This document shows, one piece after another, positions 37,323-45,789 of a stretch of DNA of 46,487 nucleotides; the stretch's first letter is position 1, and each line of letters starts with the position of its first letter. Both the position numbers and the translations under genes were made by a program. The stretch spans positions 1 through 46,487 of the forward strand of contig CAZCCY010000003.1 in NCBI GenBank assembly GCA_964497545.1. The letters are read 5' to 3'. Source of the DNA: an uncultured Methanosarcinales archaeon. Lineage in GTDB: Archaea; Halobacteriota; Methanosarcinia; Methanosarcinales; CAZCCY01. Below the pieces are notes generated by a model. That model was not told the origin of the DNA. It searched no databases and saw nothing but the letters and a program-made list of their open reading frames with translations.

Positions 37323-38627
37323 ATGATTAAAGCGGTAATTCTTGCAGCAGGTCGGGGCACCCGGATGGGGCCTTTAACCCAGCACAGGCCAAAACCAATG
37401 CTACCCCTGGCAAACACACCCCTGCTTGGCCATATTGTCCAGGCTCTCAAAAAGGCAGGGCTGAGAGAGCTTCTAGTGGTCATCGGCTATAAGGCCGAGA
37501 AAATCCAGGAATATCTGGGCGATGGGGGTAGATTCGGGGTCAGGGTGGAATACCTCCACCAGCGGGAACAGCTTGGGACGGCCTATGCCATCGCCCAGGC
37601 AGAAAAATATGTGGACGGCCCATTTCTGGCACTCAACGGGGACGTCCTTCTGGGCGAAAAAGACCTTAAACTGATGTTAGGCCATTTAAAGGACCTGGAA
37701 GAAAAAACCGTAATCGGAGCAGTAGAGAAACAGGACCCAAGAAACTATGGTGTGATGGAGGTAAAAAACGGTAAAATAACAGGAATCCTGGAAAAACCAG
37801 AACCTTACAGTCTCGATAAACCCCTTGAAGGGCTTCCAGGTTTTGATAAATCCTTTTCTAAATGCCGAGACTCGAAGAGTCGAGGCTGCTGGAACGAAGT
37901 TCCAGCTGGATTTATGGTTAACACTGGTGTCTATCTTTTCACCCCCGGGGTCTTCCAGGCTATCCGGGACACTCCGAAGTCCAGCCGGGGCGAATATGAG
38001 ATTACAACTTCTCTTCAGATTTTAATCGACACTGGCAGTGAGGTGGTTTTCCAGAGGCTAGAGGGCTGGAGGGATCTTACCTATCCCTGGGACCTCCTGG
38101 ATGTGAATCAGCAGTTGTTGGCCGCGGACTCTTTTGGACATGAGGTTAAGGGTACCGTTGAACCTTACACTACTCTGAAAGGGAAAGTGGTGGTCGGTGA
38201 GGGGACTGTTATCCGGAGCGGGGCATATATCCTGGGTCCTGTTGTTATTGGCAGGAACTGTGATATTGGGCCTAATTGTTTCATTCGTCCTTATACTGCT
38301 ATTGGGGATGGTGTGCGGATCGGTAATGCGGTGGAGGTAAAGAATAGCATAATAATGGAGAACACGAAAATCGGTCATTTGAGCTATGTGGGAGACAGTG
38401 TTATTGCTGCGGATTGTAACTTTGGGGCTGGCACTAAAATCGCGAATTTGAGACACGATGGCAGGACTATCAGAGTAAAAATAAATAACAAAATTTTGGA
38501 TTCAAAACGGAGAAAGCTGGGGGCGATAATAGGGGATCATGTTCACACCGGTATTAACAGTATGATTAATGTGGGGGCTGTGCTTGAAAGTGGTAGCTGG
38601 CTTTTGCCAGGGGAGTTCTACAGATGA
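37323..38627 (+). CDS. Archaeal GlmU-like sugar-1-phosphate nucleotidyltransferase / left-handed beta-helix acyltransferase, with a 36-codon in-frame insertion
   Basis: 'AVILAAGRGTRMGPLT..PKPMLPL' nucleotidyltransferase motif, with hexapeptide repeats in the C-terminal third. An extra segment sits between 'GILEKPE' and 'FMVNTGVYLF'. Confidence 0.8.
   Translation: MIKAVILAAGRGTRMGPLTQHRPKPMLPLANTPLLGHIVQALKKAGLRELLVVIGYKAEKIQEYLGDGGRFGVRVEYLHQREQLGTAYAIAQAEKYVDGPFLALNGDVLLGEKDLKLMLGHLKDLEEKTVIGAVEKQDPRNYGVMEVKNGKITGILEKPEPYSLDKPLEGLPGFDKSFSKCRDSKSRGCWNEVPAGFMVNTGVYLFTPGVFQAIRDTPKSSRGEYEITTSLQILIDTGSEVVFQRLEGWRDLTYPWDLLDVNQQLLAADSFGHEVKGTVEPYTTLKGKVVVGEGTVIRSGAYILGPVVIGRNCDIGPNCFIRPYTAIGDGVRIGNAVEVKNSIIMENTKIGHLSYVGDSVIAADCNFGAGTKIANLRHDGRTIRVKINNKILDSKRRKLGAIIGDHVHTGINSMINVGAVLESGSWLLPGEFYR
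37803..37910. repeat. Multi-hairpin repeat element, copy B (in-frame inside the GlmU-like gene)
   Basis: GACTC-GAA-GAGTC (37869-37881) and GCTGGAAC-GAA-GTTCCAGC (37888-37906). The core 37856-37906 matches 821-871 at 40/51 positions with compensatory stem changes. Confidence 0.65.
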
Positions 38628-38634
38628 AATAATG

Positions 38635-38640
38635 TTTTTT
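38635..38640 (+). terminator. T6 tract 8 nt after the GlmU-like stop
   Basis: 'tgaaataatgttttttgg' read directly from the sequence. Confidence 0.35.
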
Positions 38641-39037
38641 GGTTCTGTTGTTGAGAATGATGTTTGTGTTGTCTTGTCCGGGAATCTTTGATTTTTAGAT
38701 AATTTTGAAAATTGTTTGTAAGTTTGTTATGTTGTTTGTTTCGTTTTTTGTGTAGGGTGTCCAGTATGTTCTCTGAAATATTGTGTTTCAGGAAGGGGTT
38801 TTTTCAGGAATAAAGAGGTGTTTATAATGTCAGATAGTTTTTTTATATTTATTAACGGGGTTGTAAGTAATAATTTGATTAATCAATATTACATAATCAT
38901 TATCAGATGATAATTGTATTTTTGTTCTCGTTCAATTTTAGGTAGTTTAGTAAATATAAATTAATTGTTTTCTAATTCAAATCGTCAACTATTTATACTA
39001 TTGGCGTCAGACAGAAAGCATACGTCAGGCATACAAA

Positions 39038-39292
39038 ATGCCGACAGAGGCATTACCCTTGTATGCAGGGGAGTACCCGGCCGTGCAGAGAATAACAATA
39101 AGACTCCCGGAACAACAATTAAAAATGATCGAAATGCTGGTGGAATTTGGCGAATTTCCCTCAATAAGCGAGGCAATCAGGGCGGCAGTAAGAGACCTAA
39201 TCGATCAAAGAAGCGAAAAACTGGTCGGGAGAATGACCTTGTTCGAAAAGACGCAGGCTCAAAGTAAAAGCTACCTGCGACTGAACAAATAA
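39038..39292 (+). CDS. cdrS: Ribbon-helix-helix (CopG-like) protein, CdrS-like by sequence type and position upstream of ftsZ
   Basis: 'RITIRLPEQQLKMIEMLVEFGEFPSISEAIRAAVRDLI' is an RHH beta-alpha-alpha pattern. It lies 56 nt upstream of ftsZ on the same strand. Confidence 0.65.
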   Translation: MPTEALPLYAGEYPAVQRITIRLPEQQLKMIEMLVEFGEFPSISEAIRAAVRDLIDQRSEKLVGRMTLFEKTQAQSKSYLRLNK

Positions 39293-39348
39293 AAAAAATA
39301 TGTCTAGACAAGACCTAGAATCGAAATTCTAGGGGAAATCTAGAGGGG

Positions 39349-40452
39349 ATGAGTGAAATGGAAACATTTGTGCAGGATGCCCTTAAGTATACGGAAAAAG
39401 AGAGGTCGTATCGCCAGGCAACTGGCGCAGGCGAGATGGAAGAGTTCGGAACACCCCAAATCGTCGTGGTGGGATGCGGAGGTGGCGGAAGTAACACCAT
39501 CCGACGCCTTTACAACATAGGGGTTTCAGGAGCAGAAACCATAGCCATCAACACCGACAAAATACACCTAGACCAAATACAGGCAGACAAAAAGATACTC
39601 ATTGGCAAATCCATAACCCGGGGCCTGGGAGCAGGCGGCTACCCCGATGTAGGAAGAAGAGCAGCAGAGCTGGCAAGAGGGACACTGGAAGAGGTGCTGA
39701 AAAACAAAGACCTGGTATTCATCACCGCAGGCATGGGCGGAGGTACCGGAACCGGCACCGCCCCAGTAGTAGCCGAGATAGCCAAGGAACAGGGAGCAAT
39801 AGTAATCGCAATGGTGACAAGCCCCTTCCGGGTAGAGCGAGCCCGGCTGGTCAAGGCAGAAGAAGGCCTGGAAGAACTCCGCAAAACCGCAGACACCGTG
39901 ATAGTCCTGGACAACAACAGGCTCCTGGAATACGTGCCAAGCCTGCCCATAGACAAAGCCTTCAGCGTGATGGACCAGCTAATAGCCGAAACCGTGAAAG
40001 GAATCGCAGAAACCATAACCCAACCCTCCCTCATAAACCTCGACTACGCAGACGTCAGAACCATCATGCGAGGTGGCGGCCTGGCAGTAATGCTGGTAGG
40101 CGAGGCAAAAGGCCAGGACAAAGCAACCGAGGTAGTACGCAACGCCCTCAACCACCCCCTCCTCGACATAGACACCCGCAACGCCACCGGATGCCTCCTC
40201 CACATCACCGGCGGAACCGACATGTCCCTCCACGAGGCAGAAGAAATCGCAGCCTCCCTAACCTACGAACTCGACCCAGAAGCCAACATCATCTGGGGGG
40301 CAAGAATCAAAAAAGACTACGAAGGCAAAGTACGCTGCCTAGCAATAATGACCGGCATCCAGTCAGCCCAGGTGATAGGACCAGAAAAAATAAAAACCGG
40401 ACAAAGACAACAACTAGAAGCCATACCATCAGGGATAGACTACATAAAATAA
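39349..40452 (+). CDS. ftsZ: Cell division GTPase FtsZ (FtsZ2-type inferred from cdrS linkage)
   Basis: '[11 protein letters not shown]' and the tubulin signature '[13 protein letters not shown]'; 367 aa. Confidence 0.92.
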   Translation: MSEMETFVQDALKYTEKERSYRQATGAGEMEEFGTPQIVVVGCGGGGSNTIRRLYNIGVSGAETIAINTDKIHLDQIQADKKILIGKSITRGLGAGGYPDVGRRAAELARGTLEEVLKNKDLVFITAGMGGGTGTGTAPVVAEIAKEQGAIVIAMVTSPFRVERARLVKAEEGLEELRKTADTVIVLDNNRLLEYVPSLPIDKAFSVMDQLIAETVKGIAETITQPSLINLDYADVRTIMRGGGLAVMLVGEAKGQDKATEVVRNALNHPLLDIDTRNATGCLLHITGGTDMSLHEAEEIAASLTYELDPEANIIWGARIKKDYEGKVRCLAIMTGIQSAQVIGPEKIKTGQRQQLEAIPSGIDYIK

Positions 40453-40478
40453 ACAGGCAGACATCCACACCCCCCCAC

Positions 40479-40535
40479 TTCTATTTTTTAATCAGGCTCT
40501 CCCCGGTCATCTCCACAGGCTTTTCCAGGCCCAAC
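40479..40535. repeat. 57-bp direct repeat, left copy (attL-like)
   Basis: Identical to 42635-42691: ttctattttttaatcaggctctccccggtcatctccacaggcttttccaggcccaac. Confidence 0.85.
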
Positions 40536-40612
40536 GGTTCTACCATGATGGGAGCAACGTCTCTATTTTTGGAACTATTATCGCTTTAGCTTGCGGTTCC
40601 AGGATTGTCCCA
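40481..40612 (-). pseudogene. Displaced 3'-terminal remnant of gpmI
   Basis: The minus strand reads '[26 protein letters not shown]', against '[26 protein letters not shown]' in the intact gene. Beyond the 57-bp identity the match drops to 19/27. An 11-nt match (tagcttgcggt) to 42884-42894 then implies an internal deletion. Confidence 0.65.
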
Positions 40613-40716
40613 AAAAATGGAACGTTTATTCCACGTCACATATTTTAGCTGTTCCATCTTAAGTGGAGTTGACACGCCGTTAAAGACGTGATTAAGATAA
40701 AAGGAGGTGAAAAAAC

Positions 40717-41298
40717 ATGAAAAAAGTGATAACAGTAATACTATTGATATCTATGGTATCGGTGTCTATTACAGTAGCATCTTCCGACATATTATCCAGG
40801 AAAGATACGGTAACCGAAGCTGCGCTTGGTATCAAAGATGCTGATATTAAACACCAGCAGCCAGTCATAAAGACTTTTGATACCAAGCTGGGTACTGTTA
40901 CAGCTCTCACCAATGGAGGGACCATTGGAGAACTTCCTGACCCTGTGAAACTAGAACAAGAGATAAAAGATATTGCTGCAAAACAATTACCTGAAGCGAG
41001 TCCACTTGGTGGAGTCCATATAAGCGGTACTCTCCCTCCCTACTCTGCAGATGAATGGGGTACAGTTTATTTACAGCACGGTGAAACGGTTACAGTATCA
41101 CTTAGCTGGTATCCCTCTAGTTCAGAGATGATAGTCGGTCTCAAGAATGTAGATACTGGTGTGATTTCCTGGGGTCCTGGAATAACTGGGGGGTCAGGAA
41201 CTTGGTATCTTTCAGCATGGCAGACAGGGAGTTATAACATTGTCATCCTGAACCATAGTGGAGAAACAGTCACATACAGTGGATATGTATCTTGGTAA
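40717..41298 (+). CDS. Secreted protein, unknown family (islet cargo)
   Basis: AAGGAGGTGA lies 7 nt upstream of the ATG. Signal peptide 'MKKVITVILLISMVSVSITVASS'. The C-terminal half is beta-rich. Low GC. Confidence 0.6.
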   Translation: MKKVITVILLISMVSVSITVASSDILSRKDTVTEAALGIKDADIKHQQPVIKTFDTKLGTVTALTNGGTIGELPDPVKLEQEIKDIAAKQLPEASPLGGVHISGTLPPYSADEWGTVYLQHGETVTVSLSWYPSSSEMIVGLKNVDTGVISWGPGITGGSGTWYLSAWQTGSYNIVILNHSGETVTYSGYVSW

Positions 41299-41420
41299 AG
41301 AGAGATAAAAACTCTCAATTTTTATTTTTTAGCTATTCATAGTAATACCTAAATCTAAGCATATAACTAATATAGCGTGTCAAGTTGTGAATATAAAATT
41401 TAGTTAAAGGATGAAAATTT

Positions 41421-42008
41421 ATGAAAAGAGAGAATCTATCTAAGCAGGTTCTTATTATACTACTGCTTATTATAATCGGTGCAGGGTCAGCAACTATGAT
41501 TATAAAATTGGGGGGTATAGGAAACGAACGGATAAAAAATATTGTTACAGTGAATCAAATAACTAATGAAACAATAACTTTCGATGTTAATCAAACAAGA
41601 TCATTTTTTACAGCTAAAACTGGGAAAATTAGATATATCAACGAGACGACTGCTGAGCTAATTTTCGATAATGTCTCTTCTGGAACAAACGCCTTCAGTA
41701 GAGTATTTTCACCACAAGATTTAAAGTTGCCTATAGATAAAGAAAAACAAGCTATAGGTATTGCTCTTAGTGATTCTAAAGTAAAAGAAATTATATCTGG
41801 AAAAGAATACAATATAACCAATGTACAGAAGGTTGCTATAACCACTATGAACCAGACCTATCTATCTGAAGATAACGTGGTAGTTGAGATAGAAATAGAT
41901 AATCTTGTATATTTCATTAACGTGGATATGATAAAAAAAGCGGTACTGGGAGATGTTGTTCCTATTCCTAAGATAAAGATAACAAAAAATGTCTCTAAGA
42001 CTCAATGA
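41421..42008 (+). CDS. Signal-anchored / secreted protein, unknown family (islet cargo)
   Basis: N-terminal TM segment 'VLIILLLIIIGAGSATMII'. Low GC. No family was recognised. Confidence 0.55.
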   Translation: MKRENLSKQVLIILLLIIIGAGSATMIIKLGGIGNERIKNIVTVNQITNETITFDVNQTRSFFTAKTGKIRYINETTAELIFDNVSSGTNAFSRVFSPQDLKLPIDKEKQAIGIALSDSKVKEIISGKEYNITNVQKVAITTMNQTYLSEDNVVVEIEIDNLVYFINVDMIKKAVLGDVVPIPKIKITKNVSKTQ

Positions 42009-42041
42009 TAATATTATAATTATTTTATCTGGTGTTTATAA

Positions 42042-42587
42042 ATGAGGGTGGTGGAAAGATTATTAAATATGGTATTGCTCGTTGTATCGTCTTTTGTTTT
42101 AGCTATTAAAGTTCTCGTTCCCACTACAATCCAAGTTTTTATACAGGGTGAATTGATAACTCTTAAACAAGTACCAAATATTTATACATTATCTGATATT
42201 ATTGTAGTTGCCATATTCTCTTGCGTTCTTGGTGTAAGCGCTAGTTATTTGTTATTTTCAGCCAAATTGACATCTGAACATGAATTAACAGTCCAAACTT
42301 CTAAAACTGTTGCCAGTGTTTCATCAAATGTCTCAAGCCAAAATGGTGTAGTGCAACTTCTCCTGAGAGTCCTAAAAGAAAATGAACGTAGAATTGTAAA
42401 AATACTTTTAGAAAATGGAGAGATGAACCAATCCGAACTTGCCTCCAGGACAAATATCCCCAAATCAACCCTATCAAGGGTATTAGCAGATTTAGAAAAA
42501 AAGGAATTGATAATCAGATACGAAAAGGGGATGAGCAAGATGGTGAAGTTTGCAAATAATTTTCAGAAGGAAGAGAACAAAGACTAG
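42042..42587 (+). CDS. Membrane-anchored winged-helix (MarR/ArsR-like) DNA-binding protein (islet cargo)
   Basis: Two N-terminal TM helices are followed by 'NERRIVKILLENGEMNQSELASRTNIPKSTLSRVLADLEKKELIIRYEKG', a wHTH pattern. Confidence 0.6.
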   Translation: MRVVERLLNMVLLVVSSFVLAIKVLVPTTIQVFIQGELITLKQVPNIYTLSDIIVVAIFSCVLGVSASYLLFSAKLTSEHELTVQTSKTVASVSSNVSSQNGVVQLLLRVLKENERRIVKILLENGEMNQSELASRTNIPKSTLSRVLADLEKKELIIRYEKGMSKMVKFANNFQKEENKD

Positions 42588-42609
42588 TTCTTTTATCCAA
42601 AGCCAAGTC

Positions 42610-42631
42610 CACAAGTATATCACAAGTATAT
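42610..42631. repeat. Tandem 11-bp repeat (cacaagtatat x2) abutting the right 57-bp repeat
   Basis: Read directly from the sequence. It lies inside the islet, 3 nt from the att-like core. Confidence 0.6.
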
Positions 42632-42634
42632 CTA

Positions 42635-42691
42635 TTCTATTTTTTAATCAGGCTCTCCCCGGTCATCTCCACAGGCTTTTCCAGGCCCAAC
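42635..42691. repeat. 57-bp direct repeat, right copy (attR-like; includes the gpmI stop and last 17 codons)
   Basis: Identical to 40479-40535. Confidence 0.85.
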
Positions 42692-44109
42692 AGTTCCAGC
42701 ATGGTAGGTGCAACATCTGCGAGAATCCCGTCTCCCCGAAGCTCCACACCCCCAACCGTCACAAGGAAAGGCACAGGATTGCCTGTGTGAGCCGTATGCG
42801 GTGTTGAGTTGTCATACATCTGCTCCGCATTCCCATGGTCCCCGGTCAAAAACATCACACCACCTATCTCCTCTAGCTTGCGGTGAATCCTGCCAATACA
42901 TGCATCCACAGTTTCAACAGCCTTAACCGCAGCAGCATAAACCCCGGTATGCCCCACCATGTCCAGGTTAGCGAAATTGAGAATCACAACATCATAATTC
43001 TCCATTATCTCAAGGAGTCTGGATGTCACAAGTGGGGCGCTCATCTCAGGCTTGAGGTCATAGGTTGCAACCTTGGGAGACGGAATAAGAACCCTATCCT
43101 CCCCAGGGTTAGCCTCCTCGACACCCCCATTAAAAAAGAAGGTAACATGGGCATATTTCTCAGTCTCAGCTATCCGAAGCTGCCTGAGACCCTGCTGGCT
43201 TAACACCTCTCCCAGGGTGTTCTTTATCCTGTGGGGTGGAAAAGCAACCCCAGCATTAATCTTCCGGTCATACTGGGTCATGCAGACAAAATAGACCCTG
43301 GGATGGACCTGCCGGGGGAAATAAGGGAAATCCAGGTCGGTGAAGGCCCGGGTGAGCTGGCGGGCACGGTCAGCCCGAAAATTGAAAAAAACCACCGAAT
43401 CCCCACTCCTTATAGTCCTGCCTGTAACCACAGTGGGCTTCACAAACTCGTCAGTCTCGCCCAACCGGTAGGCGGTTTCAACAGCCTCCACAGCACTCCC
43501 ACATTTTCTCCCCGCTGCCAGGGTCAGGGCATCGTAGGCAAGCCTGGTGCGCTCCCACCTCCGATCCCGGTCCATCGCATAATACCTCCCACTCACCGTG
43601 GCAATCTCACACCTCCTCTCAAGCTCCCGGATAAAACCAAGACCACTTTTGGGCGGGGTATCCCTCCCGTCCAGAAAAGCATGGACACAAACATCATTTA
43701 CACCATTAAACCTGGCCATCTCTAGCAGAGCGTGGAGGTGGTTAATGTGGCTGTGAACACCTCCATCCGAGACAAGGCCCATCAGATGAAGCGAAGAGCC
43801 AGAACGCTTCACATTTTCCAGGGCCTCCAGGAGCACCGGGTTCCGATAGAAACTCCCATCCTGGATGGCCAGGTCTATCCTGGGAAGTTCCTGAAGGACA
43901 ACCCTACCCGCGCCCAGGTTGAGATGACCCACCTCAGAGTTACCCATCTGACCCTCAGGCAGCCCAACAGCACTACCGGACGCCTTCAGGGTGGTATAGG
44001 GGTATTCCCGGAAAAGCCGGTCAAAGTTCGGGGTGTGAGCGTTTTTAATGGCGTTCCCCCTGGTCTCTCTGCTGCAACCAAAACCATCCAGAATCGCAAG
44101 CAAAATCAT
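42637..44109 (-). CDS. gpmI: 2,3-bisphosphoglycerate-independent phosphoglycerate mutase
   Basis: 'ILDGFG', '[15 protein letters not shown]', 'SDGGVHSH' and 'TGDHGNAE' iPGM motifs. The ATG at 44109 is preferred over the GTG at 44118. Confidence 0.9.
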   Translation of the reverse strand: MILLAILDGFGCSRETRGNAIKNAHTPNFDRLFREYPYTTLKASGSAVGLPEGQMGNSEVGHLNLGAGRVVLQELPRIDLAIQDGSFYRNPVLLEALENVKRSGSSLHLMGLVSDGGVHSHINHLHALLEMARFNGVNDVCVHAFLDGRDTPPKSGLGFIRELERRCEIATVSGRYYAMDRDRRWERTRLAYDALTLAAGRKCGSAVEAVETAYRLGETDEFVKPTVVTGRTIRSGDSVVFFNFRADRARQLTRAFTDLDFPYFPRQVHPRVYFVCMTQYDRKINAGVAFPPHRIKNTLGEVLSQQGLRQLRIAETEKYAHVTFFFNGGVEEANPGEDRVLIPSPKVATYDLKPEMSAPLVTSRLLEIMENYDVVILNFANLDMVGHTGVYAAAVKAVETVDACIGRIHRKLEEIGGVMFLTGDHGNAEQMYDNSTPHTAHTGNPVPFLVTVGGVELRGDGILADVAPTMLELLGLEKPVEMTGESLIKK

Positions 44110-44200
44110 CACACCCACACTATCAGGGGTTAAACTCCATGAATCTATCGAAAAACACGGAAAAAGGATTTAAACACCCCCGGTCCATTCTACCCTTTTA

Positions 44201-44605
44201 ATGGAAATCCATGTGGCATCCCACTGCCTTTTAAACCCCACTGTCAGGCCAGGCTGGCTTAAACCCCCCAAGAGACTGGAAGTCTACCCGGTAATCCAGC
44301 TCCCCTGCCCTGAAATAATCTACCTGGGAGCCCGCAGAAGCCGGGTAAACAAGGATGAGCTCGACCATCCCAACTACCGGCGGTTCTGTGCCAGCCTTCT
44401 CAGGCCCTACCTGGACATGCTGGAAAACCTCTCCCCAGACCAGATTGTGGTATGGGGCATAGCGGGGAGCCCCTCGTGTGCCTGCAAGACCACCTCTGTC
44501 TCAAACGGAAAAAACGGACACCACCACCCCCCAGGCATGGGCGTACTCATGGAAACACTTGCAGAGAGGCTTGAAAAGTTCAGGGTGGAATACCGGGACA
44601 GATAA
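44201..44605 (+). CDS. DUF523 / TudS-like Cys-rich protein
   Basis: 'VASHCLLN', 'LPCPEIIYLG' and 'GSPSCA' resemble the three Cys blocks of DUF523. This is motif-level recollection only. Confidence 0.5.
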   Translation: MEIHVASHCLLNPTVRPGWLKPPKRLEVYPVIQLPCPEIIYLGARRSRVNKDELDHPNYRRFCASLLRPYLDMLENLSPDQIVVWGIAGSPSCACKTTSVSNGKNGHHHPPGMGVLMETLAERLEKFRVEYRDR

Positions 44606-44612
44606 AAAACAT

Positions 44613-45572
44613 ATGAGAGTCTCGATTGTGATCCCCAACTGGAACGGAAAAAAATACCTGGAAGGATGCCTGGAATCCCTGGCATCTCAGAGCTTCCAGG
44701 ACTTCAAAGTGATAGTCGTGGACAACGCCTCCACCGACAACTCCATAGAACTCATAGAATCAAAATTCCCCTGGGTCAAAACCATTAAAAACACCCGGAA
44801 CCTCGGCTTCGCAGCAGCCATCAACCAGGGGATACGCACCTCAAACACAGAATACATCGCCACCCTAAACAACGACACCCAATGCACCAGAGAGTGGCTC
44901 GCCTCCCTCCTGGAAGCCCTGGACTCAGAGCCAGACGCAGGCATGGCCGCCTCCCGGATGCTCAGATTCAACGGGACGATAGACTCAACCGGCATCGAGG
45001 TCTATCGCAGTGGCGGCGCATATGACCGGGGTGCAGGCAAAAAAAACGGGGAGTTCCCAAGAGAAGTCTTCGGAGCATGTGCAGGCGCAGCCCTCTACCG
45101 CAGAAAAATGCTAGAAGACATCGGCCTTTTCGACGAGAGCTACTTCGCATACCTCGAGGATGTAGACCTGGCCTTCCGGGCAAGACTCCGGGGCTGGAAA
45201 GCCATCTACGTCCCCAATGCTGTGGTCTACCACATCCACTCAGCCACCGCCAAAACCGGCTACTTCAAACTCTACCACATACTCAGAAACAAACTCTGGA
45301 ACACCTGGAAATACTACCCCCCAAGACTAATCCTAGCCTCAATGATCATTACAACCATCCAGTACCTCAACTACCTCACAAGGCTCATACTAAAAAAGGG
45401 TAGCCCCCACCCGGTCGAGAAATACCAGCTACTGGACATCCTGAAAGCAGTGCCACCCTCCCACCTCCACGCCCTCATCGCCCTGCCCAGAATCCTGAGA
45501 GAACGCAAAAAAATCCAGAAACAAAAAACAGCCAGCATCGAAGACTGGCTACTCCCCGGCTACAAACTCTAA
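44613..45572 (+). CDS. Family 2 glycosyltransferase
   Basis: 'VSIVIPNWNGKKYLEGCLESLASQSFQDFKVIVVDNASTDNS', 'NNDT' and 'FAYLEDVDL' (DxD-type). The ATG at 44613 removes an implausible 45-aa leader. Confidence 0.85.
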   Translation: MRVSIVIPNWNGKKYLEGCLESLASQSFQDFKVIVVDNASTDNSIELIESKFPWVKTIKNTRNLGFAAAINQGIRTSNTEYIATLNNDTQCTREWLASLLEALDSEPDAGMAASRMLRFNGTIDSTGIEVYRSGGAYDRGAGKKNGEFPREVFGACAGAALYRRKMLEDIGLFDESYFAYLEDVDLAFRARLRGWKAIYVPNAVVYHIHSATAKTGYFKLYHILRNKLWNTWKYYPPRLILASMIITTIQYLNYLTRLILKKGSPHPVEKYQLLDILKAVPPSHLHALIALPRILRERKKIQKQKTASIEDWLLPGYKL

Positions 45573-45651
45573 ACCCCAGCCTGCCAGGGCGGCTCTGCGG
45601 GTATATCTGAGTTAGGCGTTTTATTACACTATGCTGTATGAGGTGCTAAAT

Positions 45652-45789
45652 ATGAAAACATTAAGCTATAGAATCCTGCTCAGAAAAGAACCTGAGGGCG
45701 GTTATACAGTGATAGTTCCCTCTCTTCCTGGCTGTGTAACCTATGTGTCAATGGCGGTCAAAAATTCCCCGGTTGACAATCCTGGATAA
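45652..45789 (+). pseudogene. hicB: hicB-like antitoxin (UPF0150) truncated by IS insertion
   Basis: 'YRILLRKEPEGGYTVIVPSLPGCVTY' is the HicB N-terminal pattern. Homology stops after 'GCVTY' (~45745), where IS21-like terminal sequence begins. Confidence 0.6.

Noticed and set aside
40191-40589. 132-aa plus-strand ORF running off the ftsZ 3' end
   Set aside because: It is out of frame within ftsZ, and its Arg/Pro/His-rich translation is implausible. Its tail merely crosses the gpmI remnant, which is better explained on the minus strand.
44478-44612. 45-codon N-terminal extension of the glycosyltransferase ORF
   Set aside because: It overlaps the end of the DUF523-like gene. The canonical GT2 N-terminus 'MRVSIVIPNWN' begins at the ATG at 44613.
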